Notes: generated by a model from the letters alone, not told the origin. Shown: positions 1-9,232, numbered from the stretch's first letter. The stretch: DNA of 64,000 nt from an uncultured Fidelibacterota bacterium (GCA_937888365.1 CALBFA010000041.1:1689-65688); one strand, 5' to 3'. Numbers and translations are program-made.

Positions 1-2
1 CG

Positions 3-1121
3 ACAGTTTTTTATATGGATGCTCTTTCTACAGTATGGGATGCTAATACTCTATCATACTATTCAGACCCTTTAGATAATTGGATAACAACAGAGTTTCA
101 AAATTTGTCTTATGAAGCGATAAATGGTGATTTCATATCGCCAGAGGGTTTTACAAATAGTATTTCAGCAGCTGGAGGCAATTCAGAGATATTTGGGTAT
201 GGCCTGTATAAATTGTCAGTTGAAGATGGTACTGACTTCATCTGTCTTGACTTTAGAGATGATAGACTTAGTTACTATGGTGACTTTGGTCCTGTCAACG
301 GTCATTTTATAGACATTTGGATTAAATATGTAGTGATTTCTGGCGCACCAAATGAGTTCAGGGTTCATAACTCCGGCTCAAATTATTCAACTGGCTGGAT
401 TGATATTCCATTATATAGCACAGTAGGATTGTGGGAACTTAAAGGTGTGGGTGATGCATTAACTGATAAATTTCAACCCACAGACCCGAGCAATTTACAA
501 ATAAGCACATCCAATGCATTTCATCCTCTATTAACATGGACCGCAAGTGCCGAACCTGCAAGTGTGGCTAAGTATGATATATACCGTTCAAGTGGAGGTT
601 CAACTTACTATAAAATTGCTTCTAATTTGTACGCAACCAGTTATGAAGATGAAGCTATTATTAAAACTAAGTTCGGTAGTCAAACATACTATTATAAAGT
701 AAGAGCTGTTTCGGGAGATGGATTAATTGAATCAAATGGCTATACGAATATATCCACATTTTCTGGCGTGCTATCAGGAGGAGGTACGAGTAAAGTTGTT
801 GTCCATGATAACCTGACTTCAATTCCGTCACAATTTGTTTTAGGAAATGCTTATCCAAATCCATTTAATCCTACTGTTAATTTAGATTATCAGCTTCCCA
901 ATGAATCACGCGTTAGTTTGTGTGTTTATAATGTTTCAGGCGAAATTGTTTATGTTGTCAATAAGGAACAAAACGAAGGGGATTATGCTTTCCATTGGAA
1001 CGGTCATGATAATCAGGGCGATTCAATGCCCGGAGGCATTTATTTGGTTGATTTTTCTGCTACCAATAAAGAAACGGGTCATACATTCCATGAAACCCAT
1101 AAAGTTGTTTATCTAAAATAG
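3..1121 (+). CDS. Secreted protein with C-terminal T9SS (Por-type) sorting domain; 5'-partial, reading frame open to window edge
   Basis: C-terminal ~90 aa (NAYPNPFNPTVNLDYQL...GIYLV...KVVYLK) has the pattern of T9SS CTD / FlgD-Ig-like sorting domains; no signal peptide at first Met and frame open upstream, so N-terminus is cut by window. Confidence 0.55.
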   Translation, partial: TVFYMDALSTVWDANTLSYYSDPLDNWITTEFQNLSYEAINGDFISPEGFTNSISAAGGNSEIFGYGLYKLSVEDGTDFICLDFRDDRLSYYGDFGPVNGHFIDIWIKYVVISGAPNEFRVHNSGSNYSTGWIDIPLYSTVGLWELKGVGDALTDKFQPTDPSNLQISTSNAFHPLLTWTASAEPASVAKYDIYRSSGGSTYYKIASNLYATSYEDEAIIKTKFGSQTYYYKVRAVSGDGLIESNGYTNISTFSGVLSGGGTSKVVVHDNLTSIPSQFVLGNAYPNPFNPTVNLDYQLPNESRVSLCVYNVSGEIVYVVNKEQNEGDYAFHWNGHDNQGDSMPGGIYLVDFSATNKETGHTFHETHKVVYLK

Positions 1122-1147
1122 AATTAAATATAAACGAATACCTAAAA

Positions 1148-1173
1148 GCCATCTCAATTGAGGTGGCTTTTTT
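1148..1173 (+). terminator. Rho-independent terminator after the T9SS-CTD gene
   Basis: GC-rich hairpin GCCATCTCAATTGAGGTGGC followed by TTTTTT. Confidence 0.5.
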
Positions 1174-1321
1174 ATTATCTGTGAATATCAGTACGAATCA
1201 TTGCTTAAATGACGGTTTACATTTCAAAGGTCTTGATTTCAAAATTCACCATTTTTAAAGGCCATATATCTTCTATATTGCAGGGCTTTGAAATCATCAG
1301 AAAACATAGTAGAAATCAATT

Positions 1322-2821
1322 ATGGAGCTGACGTTAATGTCTAAAACCCCCGCATTAAAAGGACTCGAACTTTATCGCAAGATTAGGAATGAGTTCATTG
1401 GTTTAAATACGAAATATTTGCTCGCAAATGGCGAAACGAAAAAACGTATTTATTTAGATTCTACCGCAAGCACACTTATGATGAAGCCTGCTTTTGATAT
1501 TATGGAAAAGTTTCTTCATCACTATGCAAATACCCATTCCGAGATGCATTTCGATGCTAAAATTTCGTCTCGGGAATATCAATGGGTTCATGACAAAATA
1601 TTGAGCTTTTTAAATGCCGACCCAAATGTTTATACTTGCTTTTTTACAGGGAGCGGAACGACTGCCGCCGTTAATCGCATGGCACGCGTGTTTAGAGATA
1701 TTCGACCTGAAAAAGATGTCGCTATTGTGTCGATTATGGAACATCATTCCAATGATTTGCCCCATCGAAAACACATGAAAGAGGTCGTTCACGTCCCTGT
1801 TGAATTTAATGAAAATCAGATGCTTTGCGTCAGTTTGCCTCTCATGGAAGCAGAGTTAAAAAAATATGGAGACCGCGTCAATTATGTTGCCGTGACAGGT
1901 GTTTCGAATGTGACGGGCATTATTAATCCATTAAAAAAGATTGCCAAACTTGCTCATAAGTATGGTGCTTTGATTTTGGTTGATGGCGCTCAGACCGCTG
2001 CTCACCTTCCTATCGAAATTTCGAATCAAGACGACCCCGAAGCCTCATTTGACGCTTTTGTATTCTCGGGTCACAAAACCTATGTCCCAGGCTCACCAGG
2101 TGTTGTTGTCGCCAAAAAAGCTCATTTATTAGCCATCGAACCCGAAGAAGTTGGCGGCGGCATGGTGAAAGAAGTTTTTGAAACCGAGTATGAAGTCAAA
2201 ACTGAATTCCCCGACAGGGAAGAAGCTGGAACGCCAAATATTCTTGGAGCCATAGGTTTAGGCGCTGTTATTGATGTCTTAGATCGCATCGGTATGGATG
2301 TCCTCGAAGCGGAAGAAGATAAGATAATGGCGTACGCGCTGGAAAAAATGAATGAAGTCGAAGGGCTTGTCATCTATGGCTCAACTTGTATGAAAACCTG
2401 TCCAAGAGCGGCTTCAATTTCATTTAATTTGCGAGATATTGATCATGGTTTAGTCGCAGGTGTTTTGAATGATTATTTTAATATCGCCGTTCGTAATCAA
2501 TGCTTTTGTGCTCATCCTTATGTAAAAGAAATGCTCGTCGCGGATATGAAATTGAATTCAACATTTACCGATATTAAGGAATTAAAATTTTCACTGGGTC
2601 TCAAAAAAGGTATGGTTCGTGCCAGTTTGGGTTTATATAACACACGGGAAGACGTTGACGCACTCGTTGCAGCACTTGACCATATTACAAAAAATATAGA
2701 ATTTTATCAATCCCAGTATATCGTTAACGAAAATGAAACGTATGTACATAAAACATTTTATTTTGACCATAAAACAAGGTTTTCCATATCAGGAGCTTTG
2801 GATGACATGTTCAAAAAATAA
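1322..2821 (+). CDS. Class V aminotransferase-fold PLP-dependent enzyme (cysteine desulfurase / selenocysteine lyase-like)
   Basis: 499-aa ORF; SGHK(T) PLP-lysine motif, glycine-rich TGSGTTAA segment and overall class-V fold pattern; start may be Met at 1337. Confidence 0.55.
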   Translation: MELTLMSKTPALKGLELYRKIRNEFIGLNTKYLLANGETKKRIYLDSTASTLMMKPAFDIMEKFLHHYANTHSEMHFDAKISSREYQWVHDKILSFLNADPNVYTCFFTGSGTTAAVNRMARVFRDIRPEKDVAIVSIMEHHSNDLPHRKHMKEVVHVPVEFNENQMLCVSLPLMEAELKKYGDRVNYVAVTGVSNVTGIINPLKKIAKLAHKYGALILVDGAQTAAHLPIEISNQDDPEASFDAFVFSGHKTYVPGSPGVVVAKKAHLLAIEPEEVGGGMVKEVFETEYEVKTEFPDREEAGTPNILGAIGLGAVIDVLDRIGMDVLEAEEDKIMAYALEKMNEVEGLVIYGSTCMKTCPRAASISFNLRDIDHGLVAGVLNDYFNIAVRNQCFCAHPYVKEMLVADMKLNSTFTDIKELKFSLGLKKGMVRASLGLYNTREDVDALVAALDHITKNIEFYQSQYIVNENETYVHKTFYFDHKTRFSISGALDDMFKK

Positions 2822-2843
2822 AGTGAACACCGAAAGGAAAGAA

Positions 2844-4052
2844 ATGTTTAAGAAAATTTTAGTTGGAAGCTTAATGCTTATTTTCATAATGGGCGTTTAT
2901 AATTGTGGTCAAAAAGAAGAAATTTCAGAAGCTCGTTTTCTTGTTTTATCGGATACGGTGATGCAAAAAATGGACTTCAAAGTCTGGGAACCTCTCGCAT
3001 TTGAGCTATCTAAAAATTACCCTGAAAAAGATATGACGGTCATGGTTATGCTCCAAGGTGTCGAGCAATCTATTGCCGAAGGCGATGACGAAACCGTGGA
3101 AAAGTGGACGAATCTAGTCCTGAATTATCCTGAAACGGAGATACTCAGCTTAGAAGATAGAGCTGCATTTGCAAATCGTATTGCATGGCGACTCAACGAA
3201 GCAGCTCGCTTGCCAGAACTCGGGATAAAAATGGCGAAACAAGCTGTTGATGTCTTTTTAAAAGTGGATGCGACAATTGAACACTATGGTGAAATGGGCG
3301 CAATGATTTATGATACCTACGGCGTTTTCCTTCTCGAAATGAAAGATTCTACAGCATCACTTGATGCCTTTGGCAAATCGATGGATTATTACGAATTCCC
3401 TGAGACCGTAACGCGTTTAGCTGCTTTATTTGACGAAATGGGCAATAAAGACAAAGCCTTAGAAAATTATACACGCGCTTGGGCATTAAATCCAAGCAAT
3501 ATCGAACTTTCTTTCCGAATCAAAGAGCTTTATGGCGAACTTAATCCAAGTGAAAATGCTGAAACCTATATCTCGGATTTGCATGAAAGTTTCTTGGAAG
3601 GTAAAAAAGAAGAAATTATAACAGGACAAACTTCAATGCCATCACCCGATTTCAAACTCGTGGATTTTAATGGAAAAACGTACTCGAAAGCTGAACTAGC
3701 AGGCAAAGTCATTTTTGTTGATTTCTGGGCAACATGGTGTGGACCCTGTCGTCGCGAATTGCCGGAGTATCAAAAGCTTTTTGATCTGCATAAAGATTCA
3801 GGGAAAGTCATATTCTTAGCCGTATCAACGGATCAAGATAGATTAAAAGTAGCACCTTTTATTGCCGAACAAAAATTCACGTTTCCTGTTGCCCATAATC
3901 CTAATCTGGCTGGTGAATTTGGTGTAGAAGGAATCCCATCATTATTTATTCTCGACACGCAAGGCAATATTGCCTACTCCATTGTTGGATATGATCCAAA
4001 CTCCGATTTTGTCCAAGAAATGACATGGCGAATTGAAAGCCTTATTGATTAA
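2844..4052 (+). CDS. Lipoprotein with helical/TPR-like region and C-terminal TlpA-like thioredoxin domain (thiol:disulfide oxidoreductase)
   Basis: Signal peptide with lipobox (VYNC), C-terminal WCGPC redox motif (FVDFWATWCGPCRRELP); start moved to the first non-overlapping Met (2844) with an upstream AGGAAAG. Confidence 0.6.
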   Translation: MFKKILVGSLMLIFIMGVYNCGQKEEISEARFLVLSDTVMQKMDFKVWEPLAFELSKNYPEKDMTVMVMLQGVEQSIAEGDDETVEKWTNLVLNYPETEILSLEDRAAFANRIAWRLNEAARLPELGIKMAKQAVDVFLKVDATIEHYGEMGAMIYDTYGVFLLEMKDSTASLDAFGKSMDYYEFPETVTRLAALFDEMGNKDKALENYTRAWALNPSNIELSFRIKELYGELNPSENAETYISDLHESFLEGKKEEIITGQTSMPSPDFKLVDFNGKTYSKAELAGKVIFVDFWATWCGPCRRELPEYQKLFDLHKDSGKVIFLAVSTDQDRLKVAPFIAEQKFTFPVAHNPNLAGEFGVEGIPSLFILDTQGNIAYSIVGYDPNSDFVQEMTWRIESLID

Positions 4053-4130
4053 TAATGTTAAAAGTTGAAAATCTAGAGTTCTGGATTGATTAAAGACCAA
4101 TTTTATTCCTCTCCATTTTTAAGAGGGGTA

Positions 4131-4157
4131 CCCCGACGCTATGGGTCGGGACGGGAT
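4131..4157. repeat. Intergenic palindromic motif CCCGACGC-N-TGGGTCGGGACG (copy 1 of 2 in window)
   Basis: 6-bp stem CCCGAC/GTCGGG with 7-nt loop, preceded by the perfect palindrome GGGGTACCCC; near-identical motif at 59669-59693. Confidence 0.5.
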
Positions 4158-4233
4158 GGTTCATACCCTGAGTTTAATATTCTAGCGAAATTTAAACCCA
4201 AAAATTGATTAAAAGCGAAGAGGAGAGACTAAC

Positions 4234-5553
4234 ATGAAGCGAATCTTTATCATCACACTGATATTTTCTTTAAGTTTAAGTGTTGCTCAAGAGGAGTCCA
4301 AAACAGGTTGGAGCTTTGGTGCCTTGCCAGCAATCGCCTATGATTCTGACGCAGGTTGGACGTACGGCGCGCTGGGAAATATTTATAATTACGGTGATGG
4401 TGCATATTATCCAGACTATCTTTATTCTATATATGCTGAAATCTCAAGAACGACAAAGGGTGGAGGCATCAATAAACTCTTTTTTGACTCCAAATATTTG
4501 CTGCCTGCGGATATTCGTATCACTTCGGAATTGAGCCTTTTAACGGAATCAACCTTACCATTTTATGGTTTTAATGGTTACGAGGCGCAATACAATCCCA
4601 GTTATGAAATCTCTGATACAACGGACGAGAACTACGATGCGAATTTATATCGGACACGGGTTTATTATCGACATCGTCGTGACATGACAAAATTTACCGC
4701 CGACTTTTTAAAGAATATGGGTGATATGCCCATTAAGGGTGTTGTTGGTTTAAGCTATATTAATGTGGATGTCGGTCCCGTAAATATTGAGGATATAAAC
4801 AAAGGTAATACAGAGGATTTGCTGCCCGATTCCGTCAATACGCTTTACGATAACTATGTCGTATATGGTTTAATCTCTAGTGATGAAATGGACGGCGGAA
4901 AAGCAAATTATTTAAAATTTGGACTGGTTTATGATACACGTGACCAAGAAGCGAATCCAATGAAAGGCATGTGGACAGAAATTTTATTGATGGCTTATCC
5001 CAGTTTTCTTGGCAATGAGTCAGCATATACTTTGGCGACAATGACACATCGGCAATACTTTACGATGAAAAAAGACATTTTGAGCATTGCAACTCGATTT
5101 GCAGTACAGCAAGTGATTTCAGGTAATATACCTTTCTACAATATGCCTTATTTGCAGAGTTCTTTCAAACCTCAAGAAGGTTTAGGCGGGTCAAAAACGG
5201 TTCGTGGCTTGCTAAAAAATCGAGTCGTCGGTGACGGATTTGCCTTATTTAATTTAGAAGCACGCTGGAAATTCCTCCGCACAAAAGTTGCAGGACAAAA
5301 TCTCTATCTCGCGTTTAATGGTTTTGTGGACGGCGGCTATGTCTATGATAATCATCCATATGATAATGCGTCTTACTATCATATTTATTCAGATGGCTCT
5401 GAAATGGAAAAGGAAGCGCTGCATTTATCCTACGGTGGTGGTTTCCGCGTCGCGCTGAATCAAAACTTTATTGTCGCAGCCGATATGGGGTTCGCGAAAG
5501 ACGAACGTGATGGTAACAGTGGGCTTTATATAGGATTGGGATACCTTTTTTAA
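4234..5553 (+). CDS. Putative outer-membrane beta-barrel protein (Omp85/bacterial-surface-antigen-like, no POTRA recognized)
   Basis: Signal peptide, alternating aromatic/glycine beta-strand pattern, C-terminal ...GLGYLF ending in Phe typical of OM beta-barrels. Confidence 0.4.
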   Translation: MKRIFIITLIFSLSLSVAQEESKTGWSFGALPAIAYDSDAGWTYGALGNIYNYGDGAYYPDYLYSIYAEISRTTKGGGINKLFFDSKYLLPADIRITSELSLLTESTLPFYGFNGYEAQYNPSYEISDTTDENYDANLYRTRVYYRHRRDMTKFTADFLKNMGDMPIKGVVGLSYINVDVGPVNIEDINKGNTEDLLPDSVNTLYDNYVVYGLISSDEMDGGKANYLKFGLVYDTRDQEANPMKGMWTEILLMAYPSFLGNESAYTLATMTHRQYFTMKKDILSIATRFAVQQVISGNIPFYNMPYLQSSFKPQEGLGGSKTVRGLLKNRVVGDGFALFNLEARWKFLRTKVAGQNLYLAFNGFVDGGYVYDNHPYDNASYYHIYSDGSEMEKEALHLSYGGGFRVALNQNFIVAADMGFAKDERDGNSGLYIGLGYLF

Positions 5554-5613
5554 GATAAAAACTAAAAGATAAAAACTAAAAACTAATTAATTAAGAGATA
5601 AAAGATAAAAACT
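5553..5613. repeat. Three perfect copies of the 11-mer AGATAAAAACT in the A-rich spacer upstream of the four-helix-bundle gene
   Basis: Copies at 5553-5563, 5567-5577 and 5603-5613, read directly from sequence. Confidence 0.6.
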
Positions 5614-5620
5614 TAAGAAC

Positions 5621-5977
5621 ATGTCGAAGAGCATTTTGAAAGATAAGAGTTACCAATTTGCAATTAGGATTGTAAAGCTTTCACAATACTTGACTAGTAT
5701 AAAAAAAGAGTTTGTTATAAGTAAACAAACATTGAGAAGCGGAACCGCAATTGGCGCTCTAATAAGAGAAGCAGAGTTTGCTCAAAGTAATTCTGACTAC
5801 ATCCATAAGTTTAGTATCGCACTAAAAGAAGCAAATGAAACTGGTTACTGGTTAGATTTATTAAAAGATACTGATTTTATTGATGTTACATTGTATGATG
5901 GTTTGTGCTGTGAATCCAAAGAGTTGGTTGCCATGCTTGTTTCAACAATTAAAACACTGAAAAACAAGAACTTATAG
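5621..5977 (+). CDS. Four-helix-bundle protein (TIGR02436-type, the family found inside 23S rRNA intervening sequences)
   Basis: 118 aa; matches family pattern ...SYQFAIRIVKL...LRSGTAIGALIREAEFAQS..DYIHKFSIALKEANETGYWLDLL. Confidence 0.7.
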   Translation: MSKSILKDKSYQFAIRIVKLSQYLTSIKKEFVISKQTLRSGTAIGALIREAEFAQSNSDYIHKFSIALKEANETGYWLDLLKDTDFIDVTLYDGLCCESKELVAMLVSTIKTLKNKNL

Positions 5978-6014
5978 TTTTTAGCTTTAAGTTTATAGTT
6001 TGAATAAGGATTAT

Positions 6015-7658
6015 ATGACTCAAATAGGCAGAAAACTCGACAAACTCCCTGCTAAACAAATTAGCAAGGCATCAGAATACATGAAAGATCTCATTGAGAA
6101 ATTTGATGACGAGCGCAAGTCCTTGCGAAGAGGTGGTGGTGAAAAAGCCATCAATCGCCAACATCAAAAAAATCGTTTAACGGCTAGAGAACGTGTCCAT
6201 AAACTCATTGATGCCAATTCTGAGTTTTTTGAATTAGGTCTTTTTGCCGCATGGGGAATGTATAAAGAATACGGCACACCTCCAGGTGCTGGAGTGGTTG
6301 CGGGCATTGGTAAAATCCAAGGACGAGACGTTGCGATAATCGCCAACGACGCCACCGTGAAAGCCGGTGCATCTTTCGAAGTGAGCTTAAAAAAGACATT
6401 GCGCGTTCAACAAATTGCTTTGGAAAATCATATCCCCGTTGTCTATATGGTGGACTCTGCGGGCGTGTTTTTGCCATTGCAAGACCAAGTCTTTCCCGAC
6501 GAAAATCATTACGGCAGAATATTTTATAATAATGCACGACTCTCGGCTCTTGGCGTTCCGCAAATTGCATCCGTCATGGGACCTTGTGTCGCGGGGGGAG
6601 CCTATTTGCCCGTCATGTGCGATAAATTCATTATGGTGGAAGGTGCATCCATGTTTCTTGCAGGACCTGCTTTGGTTAAAGCCGCCATTGGCCAGGAAAC
6701 AGACATCGAAACCCTGGGAGGAGCTGTGACGCATAACGCGATTTCGGGGACGGCTGATTATCATGAGCCCAATGATATGGCCGCCATCGAACGCATCAAA
6801 AAATTAATTGGAAATTTGCCGCCTGCACAAAAAGCACCGTTCAATAAGGTGGAAATGAAAAAGGCGTTGTTTCCCGAATCGGACTTAAATGCTATTATTC
6901 CCAATGATGGCTCTCCGTTTGACATGAAGGAAATTATCGCACGTTTTGTGGATAGAAGCGAGTTTGACGAATATAAAGCGACGTACGGCAAAACTATAAT
7001 TTGTGGTCATGCTCGCGTCGGTGGTTTCAAAGTAGGGATTGTATCGAATCAAAAATTAATCGAGAAAACAGAGACAGGTGAAATGCAAATGGGTGGTGTT
7101 ATCTATAATGAATCTGCCGACAAAGCCGCTCGATTTATTATGAATTGCAATCAAGACGGTATTCCCCTTATTTTTATCCATGATGTCAACGGATTTATGG
7201 TTGGGAAAGAAGCCGAATGGGCAGGTATCGCAAAAGACGGTGCCAAGATGGTCCAAGCCGTGGCGAATTCGGTGGTTCCAAAAATCACGCTCGTTGTGGG
7301 TGGGAGTTACGGAGCAGGGAATTACGCATTGAGTGGTCGGGCGTATTCGCCACGTTTTATGTTCGCATGGCCTTCTGCTAAAATAGCCGTCATGGGTGGC
7401 GCTCAAGCTGCCAACACATTAGCAGAAATACGCATGGCAAAAGAAAAGAACCCAACGCCTGAAAAACGCAAAGCAATCGTGGATGAGATAAAAGCTATTT
7501 ACGATTTACAAAGCGATCCACGATATGCAGCGGCTCGAATTTGGATTGACGAAATAATCAATCCAGAAGACACGCGACAAACGTTGATTCGTGCCCTCGA
7601 AGTATGTGAAAATCAACCTAAAATGCCTGCACCAAATTTTGGTGTGTTACAGGTTTAA
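6015..7658 (+). CDS. Acyl-CoA carboxylase carboxyltransferase (beta) subunit, MccB/PccB/AtuC-like
   Basis: 547-aa carboxyltransferase fold (two crotonase-like halves, GGG/ANDATV/MGG motifs); start chosen at Met 6015 after AAGGA. Confidence 0.85.
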   Translation: MTQIGRKLDKLPAKQISKASEYMKDLIEKFDDERKSLRRGGGEKAINRQHQKNRLTARERVHKLIDANSEFFELGLFAAWGMYKEYGTPPGAGVVAGIGKIQGRDVAIIANDATVKAGASFEVSLKKTLRVQQIALENHIPVVYMVDSAGVFLPLQDQVFPDENHYGRIFYNNARLSALGVPQIASVMGPCVAGGAYLPVMCDKFIMVEGASMFLAGPALVKAAIGQETDIETLGGAVTHNAISGTADYHEPNDMAAIERIKKLIGNLPPAQKAPFNKVEMKKALFPESDLNAIIPNDGSPFDMKEIIARFVDRSEFDEYKATYGKTIICGHARVGGFKVGIVSNQKLIEKTETGEMQMGGVIYNESADKAARFIMNCNQDGIPLIFIHDVNGFMVGKEAEWAGIAKDGAKMVQAVANSVVPKITLVVGGSYGAGNYALSGRAYSPRFMFAWPSAKIAVMGGAQAANTLAEIRMAKEKNPTPEKRKAIVDEIKAIYDLQSDPRYAAARIWIDEIINPEDTRQTLIRALEVCENQPKMPAPNFGVLQV

Positions 7659-7660
7659 GG
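7609..7660 (+). repeat. Direct repeat copy A: true 3' end of the carboxyltransferase gene, left boundary of the islet
   Basis: 52 bp, 49/52 identical to 9080-9131. Confidence 0.8.
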
Positions 7661-7675
7661 TAATATTAAAAAAAC

Positions 7676-9076
7676 ATGCTGTTGACTCCTCAAGATATTA
7701 AAAACATTGTTCGATTTGGTGAAGGTCAAAATGTTGAGTTTAAATTGCATATTCCGTCAAAAGTGCGGGATTTAGCGATCGAGATATGTGCTTTTGCTAA
7801 TGCTTCAGGTGGTACTATTCTTTTAGGAATTGATGATAAAAATGCCATAAAAGGCATTGAGATTGACAATAATAAACGTTCAGCTATTCAAGATGTGATG
7901 AACTTACTAAATCCGCAATTATCTTGTCCTTTTTATTTTGTTGACGTAGATGGTTGTATCGTTGGTGTTGTTGACGTCCCTTCTGGACTACAGAAACCAT
8001 ACGCCGTATCTGGAGCAATCTATATGCGACAAGGAGCAAACACACAAAAAATAACCCTCGTCGAACAGATGAGAGATTTATTTCAACAGTCAGGACGCGT
8101 TTATTTTGATAGTGGTAGTTGTAACTCTTTTTTCATAGATACTGATTTTGATGATGATTATTTTAAAGAATTTAGAAAAGTTGCTGGATTTACACCTGAA
8201 ATAGAAAAAATACAAATTATTAAAAATTTAAAGCTAGTTGATATAAAAAACGTTGTTAAAAATGCGTGTGTGCTGTTTTTTGGTAAAAAACCTGAGCAAT
8301 TTTTTGACAAAGCCGTAATCCGTTGTATTGCCTTTGAAGGATTTGATAAAGTTCAAATAATTGACGACAAAATTTGGGGTGGTCCACTTATAATTCAATA
8401 CCGTGACACATTGAAGTGGCTAAAAACAAAATTAAATGTACGTTATCTCATAGAAGGAAGTGGCCCACGCAAAGAACAATGGGAAATACCTGATGTAGCT
8501 ATTAAAGAGTCATTAATAAATGCGCTTTCCCACCGTGACTATTACGATGAAGGTGGCCGAATTATGGTCGAACTATTTAATGACCGACTAGAAATAACGA
8601 ATCCTGGCGGATTAGTGAATGCAATCTCCATTCATGAATTTGGGAAGAAAAGTTCAAGTAGAAACCCTTTGATATTTGATCTGTTTCAACGAATTAACAT
8701 GGTTGAGCAAGTTGGATCTGGTATTAATCGCATAAAAAAAGCTATAGCCGAAGCAGATTTACCTAAGCCTATTTTTAAAACTAAGGGATTGTTTACCGTA
8801 GTTTTTACACGCGCCTCTTTGTCTGAACAAGATAAAACTACAGTGAAAACTACAGTGAAAACTACAGTGAAAACTACAGTGAAAATTCTTGAGTTAATAC
8901 AAAATGATAAAAAAATGACTCGCCAAATGCTAGCTAAAATCTTGGGGATGACAGTTGGTGGCGTTGACTGGAATCTTAAAAAATTAAAACAAGCTGGACA
9001 GCTTAAACGCATCGGCCCTGATAAAGGTGGTTACTGGGAAATAATAGAAGATGAATCAGAAAACAATAACAACTAA
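7676..9076 (+). CDS. AlbA_2 (divergent-AAA / Schlafen-like) + HATPase_c_4 + C-terminal winged-helix protein; putative defense-associated regulator/sensor
   Basis: N-terminal ...NVEFKLHIPSKVRDLAIEICAFANASGGTILLGIDDK... (AlbA_2 pattern); middle ...ESLINALSHRDYYDEGGRIMVELFNDRLEITNPGGL (HATPase_c_4 pattern); C-terminal wHTH; lies inside the repeat-bounded insertion. Confidence 0.65.
   Translation: MLLTPQDIKNIVRFGEGQNVEFKLHIPSKVRDLAIEICAFANASGGTILLGIDDKNAIKGIEIDNNKRSAIQDVMNLLNPQLSCPFYFVDVDGCIVGVVDVPSGLQKPYAVSGAIYMRQGANTQKITLVEQMRDLFQQSGRVYFDSGSCNSFFIDTDFDDDYFKEFRKVAGFTPEIEKIQIIKNLKLVDIKNVVKNACVLFFGKKPEQFFDKAVIRCIAFEGFDKVQIIDDKIWGGPLIIQYRDTLKWLKTKLNVRYLIEGSGPRKEQWEIPDVAIKESLINALSHRDYYDEGGRIMVELFNDRLEITNPGGLVNAISIHEFGKKSSSRNPLIFDLFQRINMVEQVGSGINRIKKAIAEADLPKPIFKTKGLFTVVFTRASLSEQDKTTVKTTVKTTVKTTVKILELIQNDKKMTRQMLAKILGMTVGGVDWNLKKLKQAGQLKRIGPDKGGYWEIIEDESENNNN
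8837..8884 (+). repeat. Perfect in-frame tandem repeat (ACTACAGTGAAA)x4 encoding (TTVK)4 in the linker of the AlbA_2 protein
   Basis: Four identical 12-bp units read directly from sequence. Confidence 0.9.
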
Positions 9077-9079
9077 TGG

Positions 9080-9131
9080 AAAATAAACCTAAAATGCCTG
9101 CACCAAATTTTGGCGTGTTGCAGGTTTAAGG
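9080..9131 (+). repeat. Direct repeat copy B: pseudo 3' end of the carboxyltransferase gene, right boundary of the AlbA_2 cassette
   Basis: 3 mismatches vs copy A, two of them synonymous in the carboxyltransferase reading frame. Confidence 0.8.
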
Positions 9132-9232
9132 GGAAAACGAAAATCTCATTGATTAAACAGTTACTTAGAACAGAGTCGAAGCGTAATATTTACCCGCTAG
9201 GGAAAGTGAGAAGTCATACTGTTTTTAATATA

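Noticed and set aside
2733-2843. N-terminal extension of the TlpA-like ORF overlapping the upstream aminotransferase gene
   Set aside because: The signal peptide begins at Met 2844 preceded by AGGAAAG; the extension has no features and overlaps a coding region.
4053-4233. Possible tRNA or riboswitch in the 180-bp spacer containing the palindrome
   Set aside because: Could not fold a cloverleaf or recognise a known riboswitch consensus by eye; kept only as a repeat/palindrome.
8837-8884. 12-bp tandem repeat considered as a possible CRISPR-like or minisatellite array
   Set aside because: No spacers; units are contiguous and in-frame within a CDS, so it is a coding tandem repeat, not CRISPR.
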